This document shows, piece after piece, positions 52,299 to 62,058 of a stretch of 64,000 nt of DNA. Source of the DNA: a bacterium (lineage in GTDB: Bacteria > Bacillota > SLNR01 > JBMNPB01). The DNA lies in the NCBI GenBank assembly GCA_050943375.1, contig JBMNPB010000003.1, positions 1,219 to 65,218 of the forward strand. Direction: 5' to 3'. The position numbers were made by a program, and so were the translations under genes. How positions within the stretch are numbered: the stretch's first letter is position 1; each line of letters begins with the position of its first letter. Below the pieces are notes generated by a model. The model made no database searches and was not told the DNA's origin. It saw nothing but the letters and a program-made list of their open reading frames with translations.

Positions 52299-53591
52299 TT
52301 ATTCGGCAATTAACTGGCGATCCCGCATTACAATCCGGCCGCCCACCATGGTCAGGAAGGGGAGGCCCCGGACGGCCCGGCCGGCAAAAGGTGTGTTGCG
52401 GCCTTTGCTCGCGAAAGCGGCCGGGTCCACCGTCTCGGCGGCCGCCCGGTCGATGACCGTGATATCGGCGGCCGCCCCCACCCGCAGACTGCCGCCCGCC
52501 AAGCCGAGAATCCGGGCCGGCGCGGCCGTCATCTTATAAATCGCTTCCGCCATACTAAGGACGCCCGTCTCCACCAACTCGGTCAGCACCAGCGGCACGG
52601 CCGTCTCCAGGCCGCTGATGCCGGCCGGCGCCAGGCTGAATTCCGCTTCCTTCTCATCCGCCGCGTGGGGTGCGTGATCGGTGGCAATTACATCAATCGT
52701 CCCGTCCCGCAGCCCAGCCCGCACGGCCGCCACGTCGGCCGCCGTCCGTAGCGGCGGATTGACCTTGGCGTTAGTGTCATAATCGTTGACTGCTTCTTCT
52801 GTCAATGTGAAATGGTGCGGACAGGCTTCCGCCGTGACCCGGATCCCCCGGGCTTTCGCCTGCCGGACGATCTCCACCGCCCCCGCCGTGCTGAGATGAG
52901 CGATGTGAACATGTCCTCCCGTCATCCCGGCCAAAAGGCAGTCCCGGGCGACCATCGTATCTTCCGCTGCCGCCGGCATTCCTCGCAGACCCAGAAGAAC
53001 AGCAACCCGACCGGCGTTAATGCCGACGTCGCCAACGAGAGATTTTTCCTCACAGTGGTCGATGACCGGAACCCCAAGCATCGCCGCGTATTCCAGGACA
53101 CAGCGCATCAATGCCGCGCTCAGCACCGGCATCCCATCGTCGGAAAAGGCGACGGCCCCTTCCCGGCGCATCCCGCCGAGTTCCGCCATTTCCCCGCCCC
53201 GCAGTCCTTTAGTCACCGCCCCGATGGGATAGACCCGGACGAGCCCAGTCCGCACCGCCTTGTCCCGCAAAGCGGCGATCAAGAGACCGCTGTCGAGAAC
53301 CGGCTGGGTGTTCGGCATACAGGCGACGGCGGTGAAGCCGCCCCGCGCCGCCGCCCGGGTACCGGTGCGGATATCCTCCTTGTATTCGAAACCCGGTTCC
53401 CGCAGGTGGGCGTGCATGTCAATCAAGCCCGGCACTACTGCCTTGCCGGTGACGTCGATGACCTCCGCCCCGGCCCGGGACATATTCAGTCCATATCCGG
53501 CTACCCGGCCGCCGCTGATCAGAATATCGGCGACGGAATCGATACCCTGAAACGGGTCGATTATTTGCCCGCCCCGCAATATTATGTCCAT
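52299..53591 (-). CDS. pyrC: dihydroorotase
   Basis: 430 aa. [10 protein letters not shown] metal-binding motif and the ATDHAPH motif. Confidence 0.93.
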   Translation of the reverse strand: MDIILRGGQIIDPFQGIDSVADILISGGRVAGYGLNMSRAGAEVIDVTGKAVVPGLIDMHAHLREPGFEYKEDIRTGTRAAARGGFTAVACMPNTQPVLDSGLLIAALRDKAVRTGLVRVYPIGAVTKGLRGGEMAELGGMRREGAVAFSDDGMPVLSAALMRCVLEYAAMLGVPVIDHCEEKSLVGDVGINAGRVAVLLGLRGMPAAAEDTMVARDCLLAGMTGGHVHIAHLSTAGAVEIVRQAKARGIRVTAEACPHHFTLTEEAVNDYDTNAKVNPPLRTAADVAAVRAGLRDGTIDVIATDHAPHAADEKEAEFSLAPAGISGLETAVPLVLTELVETGVLSMAEAIYKMTAAPARILGLAGGSLRVGAAADITVIDRAAAETVDPAAFASKGRNTPFAGRAVRGLPFLTMVGGRIVMRDRQLIAE

Positions 53592-54538
53592 TATTCCCCG
53601 CCTCCCAGCAATAAGTTCAGCAAAGCCATCCGCACCGCCACTCCGTTCGTCACCTGCGCTAGAATGGCCGACTGCGGCCCGTCAGCCGCCGCCGGGCTGA
53701 TCTCCACGCCCCGGTTGATCGGTCCGGGATGGAGCAGGAGAGCGTCCGGTTTGGCCCGGTCCAGGCGCCGGGCGTCAATGCAGTACATTTCGTTGTATTC
53801 GGCTAAACTGGGAATCAGCCCTTTCGCCTGCCGTTCCAGCTGCAACCGCAGGGCAATGATCACGTCGGCGCCGGTCAGCGCCGCGTCGACGTCGGTATGG
53901 CAAGTAACACCCGGGCCGGCAATTTCCGGCGGAAGCAGCGTCGCCGGGCCGGCAATTGCTACGGTCGCGCCCATGCGGGTCAGACCCCAGATATCGGAGC
54001 GGGCCACCCGGCTGTGCCGGATATCGCCGATGATGGCCGCCCGCAGCCCAGCCAGGCGGCCTTTCTGCTCTCGGATGGTAAACAGGTCGAGCAGCCCCTG
54101 AGTGGGGTGCTCGTGCATGCCGTCCCCCGCGTTGATAACCGGAATAGCGAGCATCTCCGCCAGGAAAGCGGCACTTCCGGAATGGGGATGGCGCAAAACA
54201 ACGGCGTCCACTCCCATGGCCGCGAGAGTCCGGGCCGTGTCCTTCAGCGTTTCCCCTTTCTGGACGCTGGCAGCGGCGACGGCGATATTGACCACATCCA
54301 CCCCAAGATATTTCCCGGCCAATTCAAAGGATGTCCGCGTCCGGGTGCTCGGCTCATAAAAGAGGGTCACGATCACTTTCCCTTTCAGGTCGGCTGTTTT
54401 TTTCTCACCCCGCCACAGCCGCTCTTTCATTGCCGTCGCCGCCCCCAGAATCGCCTCGATTTCCTCTCGCTCCATTGCCGCAAGTCCAAGAATGTCTTTT
54501 CCGGTCCAATTCATTTTCTTGCCTGCCACGACTGGCAT
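53591..54538 (-). CDS. pyrB: aspartate carbamoyltransferase catalytic subunit
   Basis: STRTR, HPTQ and the LHPGP-type motif ([10 protein letters not shown]). The ATG at 54538 sits 7 nt after a GGAGG that forms the 3' arm of the attenuator terminator. Confidence 0.93.
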   Translation of the reverse strand: MPVVAGKKMNWTGKDILGLAAMEREEIEAILGAATAMKERLWRGEKKTADLKGKVIVTLFYEPSTRTRTSFELAGKYLGVDVVNIAVAAASVQKGETLKDTARTLAAMGVDAVVLRHPHSGSAAFLAEMLAIPVINAGDGMHEHPTQGLLDLFTIREQKGRLAGLRAAIIGDIRHSRVARSDIWGLTRMGATVAIAGPATLLPPEIAGPGVTCHTDVDAALTGADVIIALRLQLERQAKGLIPSLAEYNEMYCIDARRLDRAKPDALLLHPGPINRGVEISPAAADGPQSAILAQVTNGVAVRMALLNLLLGGGE

Positions 54539-54540
54539 AA

Positions 54541-54630
54541 CAAAACCTCCTGCCGGCGTGGCCGGCGGGAGGCGATGGCGAATTGCCCGTTTGTCTCCCT
54601 TACCAGCCGCGCTGAACTGATTTAAAGGGC
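54541..54630 (-). promoter_or_regulatory. PyrR-dependent transcription attenuator (binding loop plus terminator) between pyrR and pyrB
   Basis: The minus strand reads CCCUUUAAAUCAGUUCAGCGCGGCUGGUAAGGGAG (54595-54630). This resembles the UUUAA..CAGUCCAGAGAGGCUG..AAGG PyrR site. It is followed by CCUCCCGCCGGC-cac-GCCGGCAGGAGG-UUUUGUU (54541-54572). Confidence 0.7.
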
Positions 54631-54641
54631 TTACCGGGTTA

Positions 54642-55284
<643 letters not shown>

Positions 55285-55327
55285 TTGTTCTTATTACGAA
55301 ACAGTTTATCAGAGCCGCTCCGGGTTG

Positions 55328-56266
55328 TCAAGCATTATCGGCTCTGCTTTCTTCCCGCAAAGAAGCGAGCAGGGCCGCCAGGTCCGCCGGCAGGGGCGCG
55401 GAAAATTCCAGGCTTTCCCCGGTACGGGGATGAACGAAGCCTAGGGTATGGGCGTGCAGCGCCTGGCCGGCAAGGGAAAATGGCTGGCGCCGCGTCCCGT
55501 AGACCGGGTCGCCGATAACGGGGTGGCCGATGTAAGCAAAGTGGACCCGGATCTGATGGGTGCGGCCAGTTTCCAACTGCGCTTCGACGAGAGTATAGCG
55601 GCCGAAGCGTTCGATGACCCGGAAGCGGGTCACTGCCCGCCGTCCGCCCTCCACTACCGCCATCCGTTTCCGGTCAGCCCGGGAGCGGCCGATGGGCGCG
55701 TCGATCAAACCGGTGTTTTCCCGGAGATTACCGGTTACCAAAGCAAAATAGAGCTTTTTCACCGTCCGGCGCTTGATTTGCTCCGTCAGGCCGCTGTGGG
55801 CCAAATCGTTCTTGGCCACGACGAGGAGCCCGGTAGTATCCTTGTCCAGACGGTGGACAATGCCCGGCCGGAGAGTGCCGTTAATCCCGGACAGATCAGT
55901 GCAATGACGCAGGAGGGCATTCACCAATGTTCCGGTGTAATTGCCGGCCGCCGGATGGACGACCATCCCTCGCGGCTTGTCAATGACGATGATGTCGCTG
56001 TCTTCATAGATGGCGGCAAGGGGAATGTCTTCCGCCGCCAGGGTGAGCGGTTCCGGGTCGGGAATGGCCACCGCAATTCTGTCGCCGGCATTGACTTTGT
56101 AGCTTGGCCTGGCCGGGCCGCCGTTGACCGTCACCCGGCCTTCCGCCAGCAATTTCTGCGCCTGGGAACGGGAGATCCGGTCCGCCGCCCCGGCGATATA
56201 GACGTCAAGGCGCTGACCGCCTTCCGCCGCACCAACTTGCAGAGCCAATTCTTCCGCCATTGCCAT
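55328..56266 (-). CDS. rluD: RluA-family 23S rRNA pseudouridine synthase (RluD-like)
   Basis: 312 aa. N-terminal S4 domain (QRLDVYI..SRSQAQKLL..GRVTVNG) and the catalytic HRLDKDTTGLLVVAK motif. Confidence 0.9.
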   Translation of the reverse strand: MAMAEELALQVGAAEGGQRLDVYIAGAADRISRSQAQKLLAEGRVTVNGGPARPSYKVNAGDRIAVAIPDPEPLTLAAEDIPLAAIYEDSDIIVIDKPRGMVVHPAAGNYTGTLVNALLRHCTDLSGINGTLRPGIVHRLDKDTTGLLVVAKNDLAHSGLTEQIKRRTVKKLYFALVTGNLRENTGLIDAPIGRSRADRKRMAVVEGGRRAVTRFRVIERFGRYTLVEAQLETGRTHQIRVHFAYIGHPVIGDPVYGTRRQPFSLAGQALHAHTLGFVHPRTGESLEFSAPLPADLAALLASLREESRADNA

Positions 56267-56272
56267 CCCCCA

Positions 56273-56722
56273 TCAGACTGTTTCTTTTTCCGGCTTATCC
56301 AGAAAAAACAAATAATAGGCGAACAAAAACACACCAACCACAATGGCCGTATCGGCCAGATTGAACACCGGCCAAATCCGGAAATCAAGGAAATCAACAA
56401 CCGTACCAGCGACAATCCGGTCATAAAGATTGCCGAGGGCGCCGCCAAGGAGCAGCCCGAGGGCGCCGGCCGGCAGGCGTCGGCCGGCGGTGAGCCGGCG
56501 GGAGAAAACAGCAAGGATGACGACCACGGCGACAGTAATCCCGATAAACAGCGGCGTCTTGTGCGCCAGAAGACCGAAAGCCGCGCCCGGGTTCCGGATA
56601 TAAGTAATATGAAAAACACCTTCAATCACGGGGTAGGATTCGTAAAGATCCAGGCCTCCCACTATCAGATGCTTCGTCAGGCGGTCCAACCCAAGCACAC
56701 CAAGGGCAATCCAAAAGACCAT
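56273..56722 (-). CDS. lspA: lipoprotein signal peptidase II
   Basis: 149 aa, four TM segments. NPGAAFG and FNLADTAI motifs. Confidence 0.9.
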   Translation of the reverse strand: MVFWIALGVLGLDRLTKHLIVGGLDLYESYPVIEGVFHITYIRNPGAAFGLLAHKTPLFIGITVAVVVILAVFSRRLTAGRRLPAGALGLLLGGALGNLYDRIVAGTVVDFLDFRIWPVFNLADTAIVVGVFLFAYYLFFLDKPEKETV

Positions 56723-56805
56723 ATTCTCCGCTCTCCTCGTCTTAAATGACTGTTACTGTTCATTTTACCATAAGGGAACCGGCTTGGGAAGACGGGTAAC
56801 GGCCG

Positions 56806-57504
56806 TCAGTCGTCCGACCGTCGGCTTTTCGCTTTCACCTTGGCTTTCCTTGCGCTGCCCAATTCATCCAGCGGCAGCCCTTTGGGGCCGTCTGTCGTTC
56901 CCGGTATCCAGGCGTCGTTGCTGACCTGGTCAATGTCGTCGTCTTCCTCTTCCCAATAATCGGCCAAATCTTTAAAGGAGACGGCGCCCGGGACATCCTG
57001 GGGCGATTCGGCCGTCCCATGCCGGGCTGCGGCCTGCCAGGCGTCCTCGCCATCAAAGCCGACGCTGTCGGCGTCGTCCAGGAAAGTACGGCCGAAAGGC
57101 GGGAAAAGGACAGCTTCTTCGGCCGGCCGGACCGGCCGGTCGCCGGCCTCGGCCACCGCCTGGCAATCACGGCAGAAAGCCGCCGCCGGCAAAGCTTCGA
57201 GGCGGGCCCGGGCGATGGGATGACCGCAATGGGCGCAGAGGCCGTATGTCCCGTCTTGGAGGCGGCGCAGAGCCGCGTTTACATCATTTAAGAGACGCCG
57301 GTTGTTATCGAGCAGAGCCAGGTCCTTCCCCCGCTCGAAAGTTTCCGTACCTAAGTCGGCGGGATGATTGTCATAGGCGGAAAGTTCGGAAACCGAGTCG
57401 CGGACCGCTTTCTCCAGCCCGAAACTACCGTCACCGGCCGTCAGCAGCCGCGCCCGCTCCGCCAGCAGGCGTTGGCGGAAATATTCCCTATCCTTCGTAT
57501 TCAT
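56806..57504 (-). CDS. TraR/DksA-family C4 zinc-finger protein (YteA-like, sporulation-associated family)
   Basis: 232 aa. CAHCGHPI..CRDC zinc finger after a DksA-like coiled coil (NTKDREYFRQRLLAERARLL). Confidence 0.8.
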   Translation of the reverse strand: MNTKDREYFRQRLLAERARLLTAGDGSFGLEKAVRDSVSELSAYDNHPADLGTETFERGKDLALLDNNRRLLNDVNAALRRLQDGTYGLCAHCGHPIARARLEALPAAAFCRDCQAVAEAGDRPVRPAEEAVLFPPFGRTFLDDADSVGFDGEDAWQAAARHGTAESPQDVPGAVSFKDLADYWEEEDDDIDQVSNDAWIPGTTDGPKGLPLDELGSARKAKVKAKSRRSDD

Positions 57505-57530
57505 GGTTTTCCCTCCGTTTGCTATGTTTG

Positions 57531-57833
57531 TCAGCCGTTCAGGCGCGCCTGGACGATTTTGACCATTTCGGCGATGAAGCCACCGATCAGAGGCAGGTTG
57601 AGATGGACGATGCGACGCAGGAGCAGCACCGCGCCCGCGGTCAGAATGGTGAAACCGATGGCCATGCCGAAACCGCGGGCGAGCCCGGCAATCAGATTCA
57701 GAAATATAACGCGGCGCGGGTTTCCCATGTACTCGACGTAATCGGTGATGCGCATTTTTTCCAGATACAGAGCGAGCTGCTGCATCCGGTCCAGTGCGTC
57801 CGTGAGTTTTCGTACCCGGACTCTTCGCTCCAC
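57531..57833 (-). CDS. DUF5665-like small membrane protein
   Basis: 100 aa. RITDYVEYMGNPRRVIFLNLIAGLARGFGMAIGFTIL. GTG start after GGAGG. Confidence 0.6.
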   Translation of the reverse strand: MERRVRVRKLTDALDRMQQLALYLEKMRITDYVEYMGNPRRVIFLNLIAGLARGFGMAIGFTILTAGAVLLLRRIVHLNLPLIGGFIAEMVKIVQARLNG

Positions 57834-58089
57834 CTCGTCGCCTCCTTCCGTTTTAATTTGCCCGGAATAGGGCGGCGGTAAACAAAAACGCGGCGGACGG
57901 CCGCGGTAATGAATGCAAAGTATGCGGGCAAAGTAAAATACGCAAAGGCGGGATCCGGGTCCCCATATTCCAATTCCTGCAAAGCCGAGCGGTCAGTGAC
58001 CGCCCCTAAAGGAGATCGGGAACAGCAATAAGCGCAAACAGCACCATTGATAAAAACGTCCATATTGCCGCAAATCTTTATGAACATTG

Positions 58090-58143
58090 TTGACAAGATT
58101 AAAGGCAGCGCATATACTGACAACATATCAAGTATTTTTGATG
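58090..58143 (+). promoter_or_regulatory. arsR promoter with overlapping ArsR-type operator
   Basis: TTGACA (58090-58095), 17 nt, TATACT (58113-58118), then CATATCAAG-TATTT-TTGATG (58124-58143). Confidence 0.5.
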
Positions 58144-58161
58144 CGAGGTGATAGCCTAAAA

Positions 58162-58470
58162 ATGATATATAAACAGCAGACAAAAATATTCAAGGCTTTT
58201 TCCGATGATAAACGCCTGCGGATACTTGAGCTGTTGTGCGGCGGTGAAAAATGCGCCTGCGTTTTGTTGGAACAACTGGACTTGGGGCAGTCGGGGCTTT
58301 CCTATCATATGAAGATCTTAGTTGAATCGGGCGTTGTAGAGGGCCGACAGGAAGGCAAATGGACACATTACAGAATCAGCGAAAGAGGAAGCGCTTACGC
58401 CGTCAGTCTGTTAAGTGAACTGATAACACCAAAGACCGCTGCGGTAGAAAATAATTGCTGCAAGACTTAA
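58162..58470 (+). CDS. arsR: ArsR/SmtB-family metalloregulator
   Basis: MIYKQQTKIFKAFSDDKRLRILELLCGGEKCACVLLEQL..SYHMKILVESGVV. A CxC sits at the usual metal(loid) site and CC lies at the C-terminus. Confidence 0.85.
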   Translation: MIYKQQTKIFKAFSDDKRLRILELLCGGEKCACVLLEQLDLGQSGLSYHMKILVESGVVEGRQEGKWTHYRISERGSAYAVSLLSELITPKTAAVENNCCKT

Positions 58471-58494
58471 AAGCCATCCGATAGATGGCTTTTA
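58470..58494 (+). terminator. hairpin after arsR
   Basis: AAGCCATC-cgata-GATGGCTT followed by TTA. The U-tract is weak. Confidence 0.4.
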
Positions 58495-58504
58495 ACAGGC
58501 TGCA

Positions 58505-58526
58505 CATATCAAGATTTTTTGATATG
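58505..58526. promoter_or_regulatory. second ArsR-type operator, upstream of the permease gene
   Basis: CATATCAA-GATTTT-TTGATATG: perfect 8-bp arms with the same half-site as at 58124-58143. Confidence 0.5.
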
Positions 58527-58552
58527 GTGTCCATCGTTAGAAAGCGGGGATA

Positions 58553-59569
58553 TTGATGCGATTATTAAATGCAATCTGGGATTTTCTGCAGAACCAAATC
58601 CTCGGCATGAAATGGCTGGATGAATTGATCGGAAGCACTTTGTCGGCTTTAGGTATGGACCCGGCCAACCGGTGGGTCGGCAGTATTCAGTTTTTCATTT
58701 ACGACGTGATAAAAATTGTCACCCTGCTATGTCTCCTGATCTATATAATCAGCTACATCCAGAGCTACTTTCCCCCGGAGCACAGCAAGAAGATATTAGG
58801 ACGGTTCCGCGGCATCGGGGCCAATTCCGCGGCCGCCCTGCTGGGAACGGTAACCCCGTTCTGTTCCTGTTCGTCCATTCCGTTATTTATCGGCTTTACA
58901 TCCGCGGGCTTGCCGCTGGGCGTAACCTTTTCATTCCTGATATCATCGCCGATGGTTGATCTTGGTTCGCTTGTCCTGCTGATGAGCATATTTGGTGCAA
59001 AAGTCGCCGGATTATATGTGCTGTTCGGCTTGTTAATCGCTGTGCTCGGCGGCACTCTGATCGAAAAAATGTCCATGAATAAGTATGTCGAGAGTTTTAT
59101 CCTGACAGCCGGAACCGTTGATATCGAAGCGCCGGACCTGACAAAAGAAGACCGCTTGGTTTATGCGAAGGAACAAACAATTTCTACCTTAAAGAAAGTA
59201 TTTCCGTACATCCTGATCGGTGTCGGAATAGGCGCGTTTATTCATAATTGGATACCCGAGGTGTGGGTGGCATCCCTGCTGGGGAGAAACAACCCCTTTG
59301 GCGTAATCTTAGCGACAATAATCGGCGTGCCCATGTATGGCGATATCTTCGGCACAATTCCGATCGCTGAAGCGCTGCTCTTCAAAGGGGCTCAGCTTGG
59401 TACGGTACTGTCGTTAATGATGGGAGTCACCACCTTGTCTCTGCCGTCCATGATTATGCTTCGCAAGGCAGTTAAGCCGCAGCTTTTAGCTTTGTTTATC
59501 GCTATCTGCACTGCGGGCATCATCATTGTCGGTTATCTATTCAACCTTCTGCAGCCATTAATCGTATAG
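58553..59569 (+). CDS. PF03773/DUF318-type permease (ArsP-like)
   Basis: 338 aa, multi-TM. TPFCSCSSIP motif with a vicinal Cys pair, as I recall for ArsP-type organoarsenical permeases. Confidence 0.75.
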   Translation: MMRLLNAIWDFLQNQILGMKWLDELIGSTLSALGMDPANRWVGSIQFFIYDVIKIVTLLCLLIYIISYIQSYFPPEHSKKILGRFRGIGANSAAALLGTVTPFCSCSSIPLFIGFTSAGLPLGVTFSFLISSPMVDLGSLVLLMSIFGAKVAGLYVLFGLLIAVLGGTLIEKMSMNKYVESFILTAGTVDIEAPDLTKEDRLVYAKEQTISTLKKVFPYILIGVGIGAFIHNWIPEVWVASLLGRNNPFGVILATIIGVPMYGDIFGTIPIAEALLFKGAQLGTVLSLMMGVTTLSLPSMIMLRKAVKPQLLALFIAICTAGIIIVGYLFNLLQPLIV

Positions 59570-59574
59570 GAGGA

Positions 59575-60345
59575 ATGATGATGACGAAAACCTGGTATCC
59601 CGTCGTAGACTATCTAATCTGTACGGAATGCGGCTTCTGCGTTAAGGAATGTCCTCACAATGTCTATGACAAAACGAAAGCCCCTACCCCTGTCGTCAGG
59701 AAGCCGGAAGCCTGCATTGACCAATGCCGCGGGTGCGGCAACCGCTGCCCGGCGGGAGCCATAACTTATGTGGGCGACGATACCGGGCGGATACCGCCAA
59801 AGGAGCGGCGGGAAGCTGAGGCGTCTTGCTACGCCTGCGGCTGCGAAGAATATTCCGGTAATAAGGTTCACGTGGAATATTTGTATCTTGATTTGCAGAC
59901 CTGCGACCGCTGCCTTGGCACCGACAAAGTTCTTGATGAAGCGATGGCTGTTCTTACGCCCGCATTGCGGCTTGCCGGTTATGCGGTTGAGTATCACAAG
60001 GTTAAAGTGGAAACAGCGGAGGTCGCCGAACGTCAACAATTCTGGTCATCACCGACAATCCGCGTAAACGGAAGGGACGTCTGTTTGTCAGTCAAGGAAA
60101 ACAGCTGCGGCTGCTGCAGTGATATCAGCGGTACGAATGTGGCTTGCCGGGTATTTGAATACAACGGTGAAGAATACGAAGTGCCCCCAATAGAAATGCT
60201 GGCAAAATCCATCCTGCAAAATGTATTTGGCCATATTGAAACCGGCTGTGACTGCGGAAAATACGAACTGCCGGAAAACCTGAAGAACTTCTTTGCCGGC
60301 AAAGAAAACAAGTCCGCCTGTTCCTGCGAAGACAAATGCTGCTGA
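59575..60345 (+). CDS. 2x[4Fe-4S] ferredoxin domain fused to a DUF2703-like thioredoxin-fold domain, with a Cys-rich tail
   Basis: CTECGFCVKECP and CIDQCRGCGNRCP cluster motifs. LDLQTCDRC is typical of DUF2703. Additional CGCC, CDC and a C-terminal SACSCEDKCC. Confidence 0.6.
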   Translation: MMMTKTWYPVVDYLICTECGFCVKECPHNVYDKTKAPTPVVRKPEACIDQCRGCGNRCPAGAITYVGDDTGRIPPKERREAEASCYACGCEEYSGNKVHVEYLYLDLQTCDRCLGTDKVLDEAMAVLTPALRLAGYAVEYHKVKVETAEVAERQQFWSSPTIRVNGRDVCLSVKENSCGCCSDISGTNVACRVFEYNGEEYEVPPIEMLAKSILQNVFGHIETGCDCGKYELPENLKNFFAGKENKSACSCEDKCC

Positions 60346-60374
60346 AATAAATATCTGAAAAGGAGAATGAGAAT

Positions 60375-60722
60375 ATGGCTCTGTTTAATTTCGGAAAGAA
60401 AAAAGAAGAAACCGCCGGATGCTGCGACAACTGCGACTGCGCCAGCATGGAAAATGCCGAGAAGGCGAAGACAACAGGCGCGAGCGTTAAAATTCTCGGC
60501 AGCGGCTGCGCAAAATGTAATCAACTGGAAGCCGCAACCAAAGCGGCACTCGCGCAATTGGGCATGGACGCAACGATCGACCATGTGACCGATTTTGCCC
60601 AAATCGCAGTTTACGGGGTGATGACGACTCCGGCACTCGTTATTGACAGGAAAGTGGTTTCTTACGGCAAGGTCCTAAAAACGGAAGAAGTCGTGAAGAT
60701 ACTGCAGAAAGTCAGGGGATAG
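60375..60722 (+). CDS. thioredoxin-fold 'redox-active disulfide protein 2'-like protein with an N-terminal Cys-rich extension
   Basis: VKILGSGCAKCNQLE..TPALVIDRKVVSYGKV matches the Thioredoxin_3 type. N-terminal GCCDNCDC. Confidence 0.72.
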   Translation: MALFNFGKKKEETAGCCDNCDCASMENAEKAKTTGASVKILGSGCAKCNQLEAATKAALAQLGMDATIDHVTDFAQIAVYGVMTTPALVIDRKVVSYGKVLKTEEVVKILQKVRG

Positions 60723-60756
60723 ACGATTGGGAAAAGGGATTGTTGGATAATCTGAT

Positions 60757-60787
60757 AAAATGCACACCCGACGGGTGTGCATTTTAT
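60757..60787. terminator. bidirectional intrinsic terminator
   Basis: AAAA-TGCACACCC-gac-GGGTGTGCA-TTTTAT. Confidence 0.7.
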
Positions 60788-60831
60788 AGTCTGTTCCTTT
60801 CAGAGCAATGAAGCAATGGGAACACTCTCCC

Positions 60832-61533
60832 CTACTCCCGCCGCGCTTCCCGGACGGCGGCGGCCGCCAGGACGGCGGTCGGGTCGAGGACCGGCACCGG
60901 AATATCGCCATCGTGCAGGACAAGCGGTATTTCCGTACACCCACAGATGACCGCCTCGGCTCCCGCCTCGATTAAGACCCCAGCCGCCCGCCGCATAACT
61001 TCCGCCGGCCCGGCCAGATGCCCAGCCTTGATCCCGTCACTGCCGTAAATCGCCGCCATCACTTCCTCCTGCACCGGGTCCGGCGGGGTCAGCACCGTGT
61101 ATCCGGCTGCCGCCAGGCCGTCGTGGTAAAGGCGGGTCCTAATCGTTCCAGTTGTCGCCAGCAAACCGACTGTCCGGACGGCCGGATACTTTTTCCGAAC
61201 ATAATCAGCCGTTTCCCGGACGATGTGCAGGATCGGTATCGGCAACGCCGCCGTAATCCGGTCGTAATAATAATGGGCCGTATTGCAGGGAATAACCAGA
61301 AGCTCCGCCCCCGCCCCGGCCAGATTCCGGGCCGTTTCCACCATCGCCGGGACCGGGTCCGGTCCGCCGGCCAGGATGGCCGCTGTTCGGTCGGGAATCT
61401 GAGGATTGTTGTCGATAATAATCCGCAGATGGTCCTGGTCTTTTTTGGCCGGGGTGGCCTTGATGATTTTCCAAAACAGGTCGCCCGTCGCTTCCGGCCC
61501 CATGCCGCCCAGGATGCCGATAATTTTCGCCAT
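60832..61533 (-). CDS. aspartate/glutamate racemase family protein
   Basis: MAKIIGILGGMGPEAT.., CNTAHYY and GCTEIPL catalytic Cys motifs. The ATG at 61533 follows AGGAGGG. Confidence 0.85.
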   Translation of the reverse strand: MAKIIGILGGMGPEATGDLFWKIIKATPAKKDQDHLRIIIDNNPQIPDRTAAILAGGPDPVPAMVETARNLAGAGAELLVIPCNTAHYYYDRITAALPIPILHIVRETADYVRKKYPAVRTVGLLATTGTIRTRLYHDGLAAAGYTVLTPPDPVQEEVMAAIYGSDGIKAGHLAGPAEVMRRAAGVLIEAGAEAVICGCTEIPLVLHDGDIPVPVLDPTAVLAAAAVREARRE

Positions 61534-61721
61534 TGTCTGTTCCCTCCTGTCGCCGTTATCCATTACTCACAGTTCCGGAAAGTCTCGCTGTTCTTTTCTG
61601 CATTGCCATTGCAGCCACCAGCCTTACCAGACCTCATAACCGCAGAAGCGGCACGAACTGATGGATTTAAATCAGTTTAGGGTAAAGGTACGGAACCCGA
61701 GATTGCCGCGTCGCCGAAAAC

Positions 61722-61877
61722 GGCTCCTCGCAATGACACAAGTTTAGCTACGCAAGCTGGAAAAGTACTCGGAAGTAGGGGCTGCAATGACCCGGAAATG
61801 CTACGCAAGCAAGAAAATAATCGGAAGCCGGGACTGCAGTGGCCCGGAAATGCTACACAAGCTTGAAGTGGGCTCCG
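61722..61877. repeat. three degenerate ~50-nt tandem repeats
   Basis: Units begin near 61722, 61780 and 61831. Shared core: GC(A/T)GCA(A/G)TG(A/G)C(A/C)C..(GGAAAT)GCTAC(G/A)CAAGC. Confidence 0.6.
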
Positions 61878-62001
61878 TTCAAGCATCATACCTTCCCAAC
61901 GATAAGGCAATAGCCTGTCAGCGCGGGCAGTCTGAGCCTGCCGCTTTCTGTCAAGCCGCCCGCCTCTTTCAGTTTATCACCGGAACAAATTCTTTTCCAG
62001 C

Positions 62002-62038
62002 AAAAAAAAACGGCCCTCCTTCATTTGGAGGACCGGTT
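62002..62038 (-). terminator. ileS intrinsic terminator
   Basis: The minus strand reads GGTCCTCC-aaatga-AGGAGGGCC followed by GTTTTTTTTT, about 20 nt after the ileS stop. Confidence 0.78.
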
Positions 62039-62058
62039 CACTTGTCAGCAAGTATCCG

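Noticed and set aside
52812-54101. Very long plus-strand ORFs antisense to high-GC genes (52812-54101, 55448-56749, 12370-13434, 26928-27845, 1023-1796, 43425-44159, 47379-47930)
   Set aside because: Each lies fully inside a well-supported minus-strand gene. Their products are Arg/Pro/Gly-rich and low-complexity, with no motifs or RBS. These are typical stop-codon-poor antisense frames of GC-rich DNA.
57698-58183. 161-aa minus-strand ORF overlapping the DUF5665 gene and the arsR promoter
   Set aside because: It overlaps a better-supported gene in another frame, has no RBS and no recognisable domain. It spans a divergent promoter region.
61831-61877. Sigma-54 promoter inside the third tandem repeat (TGGCCCGGAAATGCT)
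   Set aside because: The GG-to-GC spacing is 9 nt instead of the required 10. The other two units have TGAC instead of TGGC. No downstream plus-strand gene exists.
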